Source: an uncultured Thermoplasmata archaeon (GTDB lineage Archaea; Thermoplasmatota; Thermoplasmata; JAGHBH01). From it: a stretch of DNA of 64,000 nucleotides. The stretch covers positions 21,077 to 85,076 of the forward strand of contig CAZROC010000005.1 in the NCBI GenBank assembly GCA_964601625.1. The letters are read 5' to 3'. This document shows, piece by piece, positions 1 to 9,656 of this stretch (positions are counted from its first letter, which is position 1; each line of letters starts with the position of its first letter). Under the pieces are notes generated by a model. It made no database searches, was not told the origin of the DNA, and worked only from the letters and a program-made list of their open reading frames with translations. A program made the translations under genes and the position numbers.

Positions 1-2
1 CG

Positions 3-323
3 GAGGCGGAGATATCTCACATGGTCAACGACATAGAGCGTGAGCTGCGCAACATGGACACGATAGAGGTGCCCAGCAGCGTCATAGGTGAGATGGTCAT
101 GGACCGTCTCAGAGACCTGGACCACGTGGCCTACATCCGTTTCGCCTCGGTGTACAGGGAGTTCGCCGACGTGGAGATGTTTGAGGAAGAGATAAGGAAA
201 ATACTCCGCGAAACAGCCAGAGGCAAAAGGGGGCGGATTGGAGCCGGGAAAAGAGGACCGGGGAGGAGAGAGACGGAGAAGATGAGAGAAAAAGAAACAG
301 AGGAGGAATACGAAGATGAATGA
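3..323 (+). CDS. nrdR: Transcriptional repressor NrdR, 5'-truncated (ATP-cone C-terminal part plus charged tail)
   Basis: IGEMVMDRLRDLDHVAYIRFASVYREF matches the NrdR signature; frame is open to the window edge; overlaps the nrdD start. Confidence 0.88.
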   Translation, partial: EAEISHMVNDIERELRNMDTIEVPSSVIGEMVMDRLRDLDHVAYIRFASVYREFADVEMFEEEIRKILRETARGKRGRIGAGKRGPGRRETEKMREKETEEEYEDE

Positions 324-2829
324 AAAAGGGACAGGTATACTGGCCGATATGAAATCTGAGATAAGGTATGTGAGAAAGAGGGATGGAACAGTCGTGCCCT
401 TTGAGGGCGAGAGAATAAAAAACGCCATACAAAAAGCGTTTCTGGCTAAGGGCTACAATCCGGACATGAGCGAACTCCTCTCCCGGAACCTCGCAGAAAA
501 AGTCGTTGAGAAACTGGAAAAGAGATACGCCGGCGAGATACCGGGGATAGAAGACATCCAGGATCTCGTGGAGGCCACTCTGATAGAGGAGAACTTCACA
601 AAGGTTGCCAAGGCGTACATCCTCTACAGAAAACAGCGGGAAGACGCCAGAAAGATCAAAGAAACCCTGCTGGAAGTGGACAAAATCATGGACGGGTACC
701 TGGGGCGCACAGACTGGCGGGTGAAGGAGAACAGCAACTCCGACTACTCCCTCTCAGGTTTGCTCATGCACGCCGCCGGGTCCGTGGTGGCGAACTACGT
801 GCTCACGAAGATATACCCGAAAGAGATCGCAGACGCGCACAGAAACGGCGATTTTCACATCCACGACCTCTCCCTGGGCATAGCCGGCTACTGTGCGGGG
901 TGGAGTCTGAAACAGCTCCTAATGGAGGGTTTCAACGGGGTGCCCGGAAAGGTGGCCTCAACTCCACCAAGACACCTTGAAACAGCACTGGGCCAGATGG
1001 TAAACTTTCTGGGGACCCTCCAGAACGAGTGGGCGGGCGCTATGGCTTTTTCGTCCTTTGACACATACCTCGCCCCATTCGTCAGAGTGGACAATCTCTC
1101 CTACAGAGAGGTCAAACAGGCCATCCAGCAGTTCGTTTTCAGCCTCAACGTGGCGAGCAGATGGGGCGGACAGACACCCTTCACCAACATAACACTTGAC
1201 TGGGTCCCCCCCGAAGACCTGCGGGACGAACCCGCCATAGTGGGCGGCGAACTCATGGATTTCACATACGGAGAACTCCAGGAAGAAATGGACATGATAA
1301 ACAGGGCGTTCCTTGAGGTCATGATGGAAGGAGACGCCAACGGGCGGCCCTTCACGTTCCCCATACCAACATACAACATAACAAAGGATTTCAACTGGGA
1401 CACGGAGAACGCCAACCTTCTCTTCAAAATGACCGCCAAATACGGGCTGCCTTATTTCCAGAATTTCATAAACAGCGACCTCAAGCCAGGCGATGTCAGG
1501 TCAATGTGCTGCCGCCTCCAGCTAGACCTCCGCGAGTTAAAGAAAAAAACCGGCGGCCTCTTCGGCTCCGGGGAGAGCACGGGCTCAATAGGTGTTGTGA
1601 CGATAAACATGCCAAGAATAGGATACCTTTCCAAAACGAAAGAGGAGTTTTTTGAGCGGCTAAGCCGTCTCATGGACCTGGCTAAAGAGTCCCTGGAGAT
1701 AAAAAGAAAGGTCGTCCAGAAAAACATGGAAAACGGGCTGCTGCCGTACACAAAGCGGTACCTGGGGACGCTGGAAAACCACTTCTCAACCATAGGACTG
1801 GTGGGGATGAACGAGGCCCTGCTCAACTTCATGGGTGTGGACATAGGATCTGAGGAGGGAAGGAAATTCGCCCTTGAAGTCCTGGACTTCATGAGAGAGA
1901 GAATAAAACAGTACCAGGAGGAAACAGGCCACATATACAACCTTGAAGCGACCCCCGCCGAGGGCACCTCCTACCGCCTGGCAAGAATAGACAAAGAAAA
2001 ATATCCGGACATAATCACGGCGGGAGACGAAGAGCCATATTACACCAACTCCACCCTGCTACCAGTGAACTACACCGAGGACATATTTGAGGCCCTTGAC
2101 CTCCAGGACGAACTACAGACAAAATACACCGGCGGGACCGTCTTCCACGGGTTCCTCGGAGAGGAACTCCAGGACGTTGAAACCTGCAAACTCCTGGTAC
2201 GCCGGATAGCGGAAAACTACCGCCTCCCATATTTCACCATAACGCCCACGTTCTCAATATGTCCAGAGCACGGATACATAGCAGGGGAACACTTTGAGTG
2301 CCCCAAGTGTGGCCAGGAAACAGAGGTCTACTCAAGGGTTGTTGGATACTTCCGCCCGGTGAAGAACTGGAACAACGGCAAACGTGAGGAGTTCAAACAG
2401 CGTCTGGAATACCGTGTGGAACAGATACCACCGCAGAAATCGCCGGGTGAAAAGAGCGGGGAAGAAAGGGAAGAGGAGATACCCCCCGAAAACTTGGTAT
2501 CCGTGGCGGGAGGGAACGGCGGAGACGGAAACGGCATGGCCGTAGCCGTAGCCGGGGCCACCACCACACCCCTCCCGGGCATGGAAAAAGAAGGTGTGGC
2601 CAGATACCTGTTCTTCTACAGCAACCACTGCCCCCACTGTCCCGCCGTCAAACTCTACCTGCAAAAAGTGGACATACCCGGGGAGCACATAAACGTGGAA
2701 GAAAAGGCGGGATACGATCTGGCCCTGAAATACAACGTGATGGGAACTCCCACGGTCATACTCCTGGACGCAGGCGGGAACATAATCGGAACAGAACACA
2801 GCGTTGGAGGGCTGAAAAAATGGCTGTGA
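316..2829 (+). CDS. nrdD: Anaerobic (class III) ribonucleoside-triphosphate reductase with N-terminal ATP cone and C-terminal fused thioredoxin-like domain
   Basis: VRKRDG ATP cone; GYCAGWS; RSMCCRL; CPEH...CPKC Zn site; glycyl-radical loop YSRVVGYFRP; C-terminal CPHC...GTPT redoxin. Confidence 0.95.
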   Translation: MNEKGTGILADMKSEIRYVRKRDGTVVPFEGERIKNAIQKAFLAKGYNPDMSELLSRNLAEKVVEKLEKRYAGEIPGIEDIQDLVEATLIEENFTKVAKAYILYRKQREDARKIKETLLEVDKIMDGYLGRTDWRVKENSNSDYSLSGLLMHAAGSVVANYVLTKIYPKEIADAHRNGDFHIHDLSLGIAGYCAGWSLKQLLMEGFNGVPGKVASTPPRHLETALGQMVNFLGTLQNEWAGAMAFSSFDTYLAPFVRVDNLSYREVKQAIQQFVFSLNVASRWGGQTPFTNITLDWVPPEDLRDEPAIVGGELMDFTYGELQEEMDMINRAFLEVMMEGDANGRPFTFPIPTYNITKDFNWDTENANLLFKMTAKYGLPYFQNFINSDLKPGDVRSMCCRLQLDLRELKKKTGGLFGSGESTGSIGVVTINMPRIGYLSKTKEEFFERLSRLMDLAKESLEIKRKVVQKNMENGLLPYTKRYLGTLENHFSTIGLVGMNEALLNFMGVDIGSEEGRKFALEVLDFMRERIKQYQEETGHIYNLEATPAEGTSYRLARIDKEKYPDIITAGDEEPYYTNSTLLPVNYTEDIFEALDLQDELQTKYTGGTVFHGFLGEELQDVETCKLLVRRIAENYRLPYFTITPTFSICPEHGYIAGEHFECPKCGQETEVYSRVVGYFRPVKNWNNGKREEFKQRLEYRVEQIPPQKSPGEKSGEEREEEIPPENLVSVAGGNGGDGNGMAVAVAGATTTPLPGMEKEGVARYLFFYSNHCPHCPAVKLYLQKVDIPGEHINVEEKAGYDLALKYNVMGTPTVILLDAGGNIIGTEHSVGGLKKWL

Positions 2830-3584
2830 CCCCGAGCGATGCAGAGACAACTCCGCCCATAACCCCCCTGCCCCTCTTTCCCCCGGAGGAGATATATATC
2901 AACGGTCTCCAGAAGGTCTCTTTCATAGACTACCCCGGGCACATAGTGGCAACCATTTTCTTCGGGGGATGCAACTTCCGCTGTCCATACTGCCACAACA
3001 GCGGTCTCGTGCACAACATAGGCCTCCCCAGGATACCCGTGGAGGAACTCTACGAACACCTGGAAAACCGCCGTGGAAAACTGGATGGTATATGCATAAC
3101 CGGCGGAGAGCCAACGCTCAACCCCCACCTGCCCACGATAATAGAGGGAGTGAAAGAGAGAGGGTTCAAAGTTAAACTGGACACGAACGGCACGAACCCG
3201 CGCATGCTCGGAGATCTGCTCAGCAGGGGAATGGTTGACTACGTAGCCATGGACATAAAAGCGCCCCCTGAGAGATACGGGGAAGTCGTCCGCAGACCAG
3301 TAAGAATAGACGCCATACAGAGGAGCATAGACCTGATAAGGACCACGGCGCCCGACTACGAGTTCAGAACAACCATAGTGAGAGACCTCATAACAGCCAG
3401 AGACCTCCAGAAAATAGGCGAATGGCTCCACGGCTCAAAAAGATACGCCCTCCAGCAGTTCCGCCCGACAAACACCCTGGATCCCTCATACAGACACAAA
3501 AAAGCATACACACTTGAAGAGATGGAAGAGTTCGCAGAAATGCTCCGACCACACTTTGAAGAGGTGGTGGTGAGAGGGAAGTGA
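2820..3584 (+). CDS. nrdG: Class III RNR activating radical-SAM protein
   Basis: GCNFRCPYCHN, ITGGEPT, KLDTNG; directly follows nrdD. Confidence 0.92.
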   Translation: MAVTPSDAETTPPITPLPLFPPEEIYINGLQKVSFIDYPGHIVATIFFGGCNFRCPYCHNSGLVHNIGLPRIPVEELYEHLENRRGKLDGICITGGEPTLNPHLPTIIEGVKERGFKVKLDTNGTNPRMLGDLLSRGMVDYVAMDIKAPPERYGEVVRRPVRIDAIQRSIDLIRTTAPDYEFRTTIVRDLITARDLQKIGEWLHGSKRYALQQFRPTNTLDPSYRHKKAYTLEEMEEFAEMLRPHFEEVVVRGK

Positions 3585-3600
3585 GGTTTTAGTGGATCGG

Positions 3601-3673
3601 AAAAAGTGTGGACCCATGCGGGCTTTTTATGTGCACCATCCGGTACACAGCCGTCGCATGGCCTTACCCACAC
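3601..3673 (-). ncRNA. Candidate 68-nt hairpin ncRNA plus U5 tail
   Basis: Nested stems GTGTGG/CCACAC, CCATGCG/CGCATGG, GGCT/AGCC and GTGTACC/GGTGCAC; TATA box 24 nt upstream; TTTTT immediately downstream. Confidence 0.5.
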
Positions 3674-3696
3674 GTACAAATACATACACATATCTC

Positions 3697-3711
3697 TATT
3701 TAAAAGTTTTG
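3697..3711 (-). promoter_or_regulatory. BRE-TATA promoter (CAAAAC-TTTTAAATA) for the candidate ncRNA
   Basis: Archaeal BRE/TATA-like sequence at canonical spacing from the hairpin 5' end. Confidence 0.5.
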
Positions 3712-3804
3712 ACCTTTTTTACTCTATTAAACGTGGGATTAAATGTGAGATTTTTACCGAATTCTGAATAAACTATTTACACCCCTCCCGCTTTCGGTTG
3801 GCCG

Positions 3805-5730
3805 ATGCGAGACGATGCCGGTGTTGATGGCGGAGACGACTTTGACCCACGTGCGCTGGGTTTTCGCTGCGGGCTGGAGATCCATCAGCAGCTGGACACG
3901 GAGAAAAAGCTGTTCTGCAGATGTCCGGTCGGGTACAAAAAGGGCGAGGCGGATATTGTGATTTTGAGGCACATGCGTCCCACTCTGTCGGAGATGGGGA
4001 CCTATGATGGCACTGCTCTTATGGAGTTTAAGACCAGGAAGGAGATCTTGTACGAGGTTTTTGAGGACTCCGTCTGTACCTATGAGATGGACGACACGCC
4101 CCCTTTTCCCATAAACAGGGAAGCGCTTGAGATAGCGCTTGAGATAACCATGTTGTTCGGGTGCAGCGTTGTTGACGAACTCCACGTCTCCCGCAAACAG
4201 TATCTTGATGGCAGCATTCCCACCGGTTTTCAGAGGACCGCCATAACCGGCATAAATGGGCGTGTTCCCTACAAAGACAGGTTTATACGGATACGACAGG
4301 TGAGCGTTGAAGAGGACGCGTGTCGGGAGATGTGGGACAGGGGCCACACGATAGCGTTCAGGACGGACCGCCTGGGCACTCCCCTGGTTGAGGTTGTCAC
4401 GGAGCCGGATATTCTCTCTCCGGAAGAGGTGGCGGAGGTTGCGGGCCTGCTGGGGCGGGCCATGAGGGGGACCGGAAAAGTCCGCCGTGGGATGGGTGCC
4501 ACACGCCAGGACATAAATGTGAGCATTGAGGGCGGTACACGGGTGGAGATAAAGGGGGTTCCGAAGCTCCAGTGGATGGAGGCGCTGACGCGCAACGAGG
4601 CGAGGCGTCAGAAGGCGCTGCTGGACATACGGGACGAACTCCTGGGGAGGGGTTTGAGCCCGGAGAAGGTGGTGGGAGAGAGGGCGTTTATAACGGATCT
4701 TTTCCGGGACAGAGAGGGGTTTTTTGCTCCCATAAGAGAGGCGGTTGAGATGGGCGGTGTTGTGGGCGGCGTGTGTCTCAAAGGGTTCGGGGGGATTTTG
4801 AGGTGGGAGACCCAGCGCTCTCCGGATGGAAGTGTGCCTTTTCTGCGGGAGTTTGAAGGACGTGTCCGGGTGATAGCGTGTCTGGATGGGGAGCCGAACC
4901 TCCTTGACCTCAGAGGCATGGAGGAGAACGGTTTTCCACGCGACCTGTTAAACGGGATCAAAAAGCGGCTGGGCTTTGAGGACGGGGACGATGTGATCGT
5001 TGTCTGGGGGCCCGAGAAAGACGTGAAGACGGCCCTGGAAGAGGTGGCGACGAGGGCAAAAGAGGCCCTAATGGGTGTCCCAAACGAGACTCGCCAGCCG
5101 TTTCCTGATGGGACGACGGGTTTTGAGAGGATTCTCCCGGGGCCGGACAGGATGTACCCTGACACAGACCATCCCCCTGTCCCGCTCACGGAGGAATTTT
5201 TGGAAAATGTGGCCAGGAAGCTGTCAACGCCTGCGTGGGAGAGGGAGAATAGGATGATCGCCGAGGGTGTCCCCTCTGTGTGGGCAAAGCACATCTCCGC
5301 CGACCCTGTTCTCTGGGAGTTTTATGGTCTGGGCGTTGATGCAGGCCTCCCACCCCCCAGGGTGGCGTGGGTGCTCTATGATGTTTTCAGGTATCTGAGA
5401 CGCCGGGGGGTGGACATCCGGGAGATGGACAGGGGCAGGGTGAAGAGGGCGTTTGAGGTCCTGGCAGGGGGTGTTCCGGCGTGGCGGTGGATTCGCTGGC
5501 TGGGGGATGAAGCGGAGGAGCCCCATGTCCCGTCCTATGAAGAAGTGGCGGGGGCTGTTGAGGAGTTTTGCCTTGAAAAGGGCGGCTGCGACTTCCGTTC
5601 TCTGTTTTCTTTTCTCTTGGAGCGGTTTGATGGGTGGGTCCCGGTAGGTGTTGTGAGAGAGGTCGCCGAAAAGTATGGGATTGGCCCCGGGGCGGGGGCG
5701 GGCGACGAAAGCGCACTTCAGAGGGGGTGA
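3805..5730 (+). CDS. gatE: Glu-tRNA(Gln) amidotransferase subunit E
   Basis: GLEIHQQL, RKQYLDGSIPTGFQRT, RQDINVSI, RILPGPDRMYPDTD, with an AspRS-like insert. Confidence 0.93.
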   Translation: MRDDAGVDGGDDFDPRALGFRCGLEIHQQLDTEKKLFCRCPVGYKKGEADIVILRHMRPTLSEMGTYDGTALMEFKTRKEILYEVFEDSVCTYEMDDTPPFPINREALEIALEITMLFGCSVVDELHVSRKQYLDGSIPTGFQRTAITGINGRVPYKDRFIRIRQVSVEEDACREMWDRGHTIAFRTDRLGTPLVEVVTEPDILSPEEVAEVAGLLGRAMRGTGKVRRGMGATRQDINVSIEGGTRVEIKGVPKLQWMEALTRNEARRQKALLDIRDELLGRGLSPEKVVGERAFITDLFRDREGFFAPIREAVEMGGVVGGVCLKGFGGILRWETQRSPDGSVPFLREFEGRVRVIACLDGEPNLLDLRGMEENGFPRDLLNGIKKRLGFEDGDDVIVVWGPEKDVKTALEEVATRAKEALMGVPNETRQPFPDGTTGFERILPGPDRMYPDTDHPPVPLTEEFLENVARKLSTPAWERENRMIAEGVPSVWAKHISADPVLWEFYGLGVDAGLPPPRVAWVLYDVFRYLRRRGVDIREMDRGRVKRAFEVLAGGVPAWRWIRWLGDEAEEPHVPSYEEVAGAVEEFCLEKGGCDFRSLFSFLLERFDGWVPVGVVREVAEKYGIGPGAGAGDESALQRG

Positions 5731-5734
5731 ACGT

Positions 5735-6592
5735 GTGGGACGTGTGATTGACGGTAGAAAGATCGCCGCCGGCTTGAAAGATCGGCTGAGGGCTTTTGTT
5801 GAAGAAAATGGGCTGGACCTCACTGTTGTGGGGGTGGTGGCTGGCGGCAGGGATGCGGACAGGGTCTATGTTCGCATGCGTGAGAGGGCGGCTGCCGAGG
5901 TCGGCGCATCGTCCAGGAACGTTTTTTTGCCCCCGGATGTCTCCCAGGGAGAGCTCCTGGATGTCATAAAAGGCCTGAACGAGGACGACGGGGTGGACGG
6001 GATAATAGTACATTTTCCTCTCCCCCCGCCTATTGACAGAGCGGCTGTGGCCCATGCCCTCTCCCCTGTCAAAGATGTGGATGGGATAACCCCTTTTAAC
6101 AGGGGACGCCTTTTTTCGGGGGACGAGGTTCTTCCCCCCGCCACCCCCGCTGCTGTTGTTTATATGCTGAACGCTGTTGGGGCGGTTTTTGAGGGACGTG
6201 AGGTTGTGGTTGTGAACCACAGCGAGGTTGTGGGAAAGCCCCTGGCTGTCATGCTTTTGAACAGGAACGCCACGGTCCACGTTTGCCACGTTTATACCAG
6301 GGACCTTGCCAGGTGGACAAAAGAGGCGGAGGTTCTTGTGACGGGTGCCGGCGTGCCCGACCTTATAAAACCAGGCATGATAAGGGAGGGCGCTGTTGTC
6401 GTGGACGTCGCCATGAACCGCCTGGCCGATGGCTCCCTGCGCGGGGACGTGGAGTTTGATGGGGTTCTGGCAAGGGCGTCCTATGTTACCCCTGTCCCGG
6501 GGGGTGTGGGGCCGGTGACCAACGCCATGTTGTTGAGAAACCTGGTCCGGTGTGCTCTTTTGAGACGTGGAGAGGATCCTCTGGCTGTTTGA
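5735..6592 (+). CDS. folD: Methylenetetrahydrofolate dehydrogenase/cyclohydrolase (FolD family)
   Basis: IDGRKIA, KDVDG, VGKPLA, TPVPGGVGPVT; GTG start at 5735 after a GGGGTG SD-like motif. Confidence 0.9.
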   Translation: MGRVIDGRKIAAGLKDRLRAFVEENGLDLTVVGVVAGGRDADRVYVRMRERAAAEVGASSRNVFLPPDVSQGELLDVIKGLNEDDGVDGIIVHFPLPPPIDRAAVAHALSPVKDVDGITPFNRGRLFSGDEVLPPATPAAVVYMLNAVGAVFEGREVVVVNHSEVVGKPLAVMLLNRNATVHVCHVYTRDLARWTKEAEVLVTGAGVPDLIKPGMIREGAVVVDVAMNRLADGSLRGDVEFDGVLARASYVTPVPGGVGPVTNAMLLRNLVRCALLRRGEDPLAV

Positions 6593-6703
6593 TGATGCCC
6601 TGGTTATTGTTACCATTATCTTGTCACCGTTATCTTTTTTACTCACCAAAACATGCTGTGATTTGAGAGCACAGGTTGACCTGCCAGACTGGAGGAGAGC
6701 ATA

Positions 6704-7105
6704 ATGATTCCGGGCATGAGGGGCATGAACCCGCGCCAGATGAAACATGCGATGAAGCGGATGGGAATAAAGATGGACGAGGTCCAGGGTGTCACGGAGG
6801 TCCTGATAAAGACGCCGGATGAGGTCTATGTTATCAAAAAACCGGAGGTGCTTATTATAGAGGCGCAGGGGCAGAAGATGTTCCAGGTCGTTGGAGAATA
6901 TGAGGTGGTGTCTCCATCGGAGGTTGAAACCACCGGAGCTGGGCCTGGTGGAGAAGGCGAAGACGGCGTCAGGATCCCCGAGGAGGACATAAAACTGGTC
7001 GCCCAGCAGGCGGGGGTGAGCGAGGAAGAGGCGCTGGAAGCCCTCAGAGAGGCTAACGGCGAGCCAGCAGAGGCCATAATACGGCTGATGTCCCGTAAAA
7101 AGTAG
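6704..7105 (+). CDS. nac: Nascent polypeptide-associated complex protein
   Basis: MNPRQMKHAMKRMGI N-terminus and UBA-like EEDIKLVAQQAGVSEEEA...AEAI C-terminus. Confidence 0.92.
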   Translation: MIPGMRGMNPRQMKHAMKRMGIKMDEVQGVTEVLIKTPDEVYVIKKPEVLIIEAQGQKMFQVVGEYEVVSPSEVETTGAGPGGEGEDGVRIPEEDIKLVAQQAGVSEEEALEALREANGEPAEAIIRLMSRKK

Positions 7106-7144
7106 AAAAAGTAGTAAAACGCTGAAATGTGAGGAGGTGTAGAT

Positions 7145-7444
7145 GTGGCCGGTGAGAGCGCAAACAGATCTGATGTGATACGTCTACATGTGTGGTTTTC
7201 GGGGCTCGTCCAGGGGGTGTTTTTCCGCCATCACACGCACAAAAAGGCCACAGAGCTGGGGGTTAATGGGTGGGTGATGAACCTCCCCGACGGCCGGGTG
7301 GAGGCAGTCTTTGAGGGTCCAAAAAGTGCTGTTGAGATGCTTCTGGATTACTGCGAACACCACCAGCCATATGCCCGCGTTGAGGACGTTGAGGTCGTGG
7401 AGGAGCAACCGATTGGGGAGCGGGGATTCAGGATAAAGCGCTGA
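7145..7444 (+). CDS. acyP: Acylphosphatase
   Basis: GLVQGVFFR, GWVMNLPDGRVEAVFEG. Confidence 0.92.
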   Translation: MAGESANRSDVIRLHVWFSGLVQGVFFRHHTHKKATELGVNGWVMNLPDGRVEAVFEGPKSAVEMLLDYCEHHQPYARVEDVEVVEEQPIGERGFRIKR

Positions 7445-7477
7445 TCTCAACCGGGCGTACCAGCTGAGCATACATGT

Positions 7478-8974
7478 ATGCCTCAATTCTTTAGGCCACC
7501 TTTTACTATGTTCGGTGCTGTTATGGTGTTCGGAAAAAAGCCCGGCAGGCGGAAATACGAGAGGCGAAAAAACGGCGGCGGAGGGGAGCACAGCGTCCTT
7601 TTTGTCCAGCCCGCAAACCCGGAAGAAAAGAGCCATTTCCTCTGTCCCCCATACTGGGTCGCCATTCTCAAGGCGCTGACACCGCCCAACTGGGAAACAG
7701 GCTACATAAACATGGGCTTTGAAACTTTGACTGAGAAGGATGTAGCTGATTTTGATGTGGTAGCCATAGGGATAGTTTCCACGTCAACGGCGTACGAAGC
7801 CTACAGGGTGGGCGACATGGCTATGGAATCCGGGGCTCATGTCGTCATGGGCGGCCTGCACACCTTCATCTTCCCGGACGAAGCGCGCCCGCACTGTCAC
7901 ACGATAATAGTCGGAGAGGGAGAGGGGGCGTGGAGGGAGTTCCTGGCCGATTTTGAGCGGGGAAGACCCAGTCCCCTCTATGTTGGAGGCGTTGTTCCGC
8001 CGGAAAGGTTTGTCGTACCGGACTTTTCAATAACAAAAAAGTATTTCCATCACCACCCGGTGGTTCTTGAGACCATGCGTGGCTGCCCGTTCAACTGTGC
8101 TTTTTGCACAGCTACCCCATATTCCGGAAACACCTATCGTTATTTTCCGGCGGAGATCATCCACGGGACGATAGAACGGTGGTGTGAAGGTAGAAAGATG
8201 CCTGTCCGTCTGGCGAACACGAACATACTGGGAAACGTTGAAAAAACCCGTGAGGTTCTCAAAATTTTCTCAGACCACGATTTTTACTGGTGGGGGCCCT
8301 GTAGCACAAACCTCGTCCGTCACGACGACCTTTTTCCGCTGCTGGCAGAATCAGGTTGTACCAACCTGCGTTTTGGGTTTGAGAGTGTTTCTCCGAAAAC
8401 GTTGCGTTATTTGAATAAAAAACAGAACGTCGTCTCGGAGTACAAACGGCTGGTGAAAAAGGTGCACGACCACGGGATAACAGTTGGGGGCAATTTCATG
8501 TTTGGACTGGACACAGACACGCCGGAAGTTTTCAGGGCCACAGAGGAATTTATAAACGACGCCGACATAGACGTCCCCCTGATTGGCGTGCTCATCCCTT
8601 TTCCGGGCACCAGAATATTTGACGAGTTCCACGCGCAGGGGAGAATCCTGACATATGACTGGTCAAAATACAACGGCCAGCACCTCGTTTACAGGCCTAA
8701 AAACATGACGAAGGAACAGTTACTCCGTGGCGTACTTGAGTTATACGAAAACGTCCACACACCAGCCAGGATACTCAGCCGTTTGACCAACAGCCGGCCG
8801 GGCATACACGCTGTGATGGGCGGAATCATGGCAGGGGTCCTTGTGGTGGGAAAGCGTGTTCTCCAGGGCTTTTTTGAAAAAGCAATAGAGGAAGAGTTTG
8901 AGAACCCGGGAAAATTACTGTACCCTCCAAACAGGTCTTTTGCTCGTTTCGTTGCCGAAACCCGGCACGCCTAG
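7478..8974 (+). CDS. Cobalamin-binding radical SAM protein (start uncertain)
   Basis: VMGGLHT...GEGE B12-binding region; RGCPFNCAFC; GFES; FMFGLDTDT; PFPGT. Confidence 0.85.
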   Translation: MPQFFRPPFTMFGAVMVFGKKPGRRKYERRKNGGGGEHSVLFVQPANPEEKSHFLCPPYWVAILKALTPPNWETGYINMGFETLTEKDVADFDVVAIGIVSTSTAYEAYRVGDMAMESGAHVVMGGLHTFIFPDEARPHCHTIIVGEGEGAWREFLADFERGRPSPLYVGGVVPPERFVVPDFSITKKYFHHHPVVLETMRGCPFNCAFCTATPYSGNTYRYFPAEIIHGTIERWCEGRKMPVRLANTNILGNVEKTREVLKIFSDHDFYWWGPCSTNLVRHDDLFPLLAESGCTNLRFGFESVSPKTLRYLNKKQNVVSEYKRLVKKVHDHGITVGGNFMFGLDTDTPEVFRATEEFINDADIDVPLIGVLIPFPGTRIFDEFHAQGRILTYDWSKYNGQHLVYRPKNMTKEQLLRGVLELYENVHTPARILSRLTNSRPGIHAVMGGIMAGVLVVGKRVLQGFFEKAIEEEFENPGKLLYPPNRSFARFVAETRHA

Positions 8975-9068
8975 CTGTCTGTTTGCCGGCTAACAGCGAA
9001 ACATTTATCTATTATTATAGGGTGGGGTGCTCACCCATAACGTATATCTACTTGACGGAGGTTGCAAA

Positions 9069-9524
9069 ATGGGGAAAGTGGAAGCGAAAAAGGCAGAGAA
9101 GGAGTTTGTGAAAAGACGGAATCTGAGAAGGGACAGGAGGGGGGCCCTGGAAGGGTTGCCCCTGTACATGGTCATCCTGGTGGTTATAGCCGCCGTGGCC
9201 ATGGTGATACTCCTGAACTGGACGAAGAGTGTGCAGCACACCGACCTGAAGCGGATTGTGGTTGAGCCAGACACCATAGATGACGGGGAAAAGACATCGG
9301 TCACCATAAGGGCCTACGACACCAAGGGAAACCCCCTTGAGGGTGTGACTATCATACTGGACGGGTGCGGCGTATCAAAGGTTGGAAAGACTTCGTCCAC
9401 GGGAAAATACACCACGTCCATAACACCAGACCTCGCCGGCGAGAGCTACGGCACCATTGATGTGACGGCGAAATACACGGGCACCACTCTCGTGGAGCTA
9501 CACGACGAAATCATTGTCAGTTGA
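9069..9524 (+). CDS. Type IV pilin-like protein with class III signal peptide and Ig-like domain
   Basis: Basic leader ending RRDRRG, then ALEGLPLYMVILVVIAAVA hydrophobic helix; beta-rich C-terminus. Confidence 0.72.
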   Translation: MGKVEAKKAEKEFVKRRNLRRDRRGALEGLPLYMVILVVIAAVAMVILLNWTKSVQHTDLKRIVVEPDTIDDGEKTSVTIRAYDTKGNPLEGVTIILDGCGVSKVGKTSSTGKYTTSITPDLAGESYGTIDVTAKYTGTTLVELHDEIIVS

Positions 9525-9656
9525 CGTGGTGTTACAGGAGACAGGGATGTGCGGTCTCTTCCGGCTGCTCCCTTCTCTCTCCGTCGGCTTTGAGTCCACG
9601 CCTCGTATTTTTCCACGCAGTGTGTTTCGTGCCCGGACTGAAAAGTGGTGGTGTGA

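Noticed and set aside
316..2829. Intein in NrdD (also checked Lhr)
   Set aside because: No C/S...HN splice motifs or LAGLIDADG blocks; the extra length is explained by the ATP cone, linker and redoxin
3601..3673. preQ1 riboswitch or SRP RNA identity for the hairpin
   Set aside because: Lacks the preQ1 loop consensus and the SRP helix-8 motif, and is not upstream of que genes
5387..6748. Long antisense ORFs (453 aa here; also 21772-22935, 48741-49862, 58662-59726)
   Set aside because: Shadows of well-supported genes on the opposite strand, with no recognisable motifs
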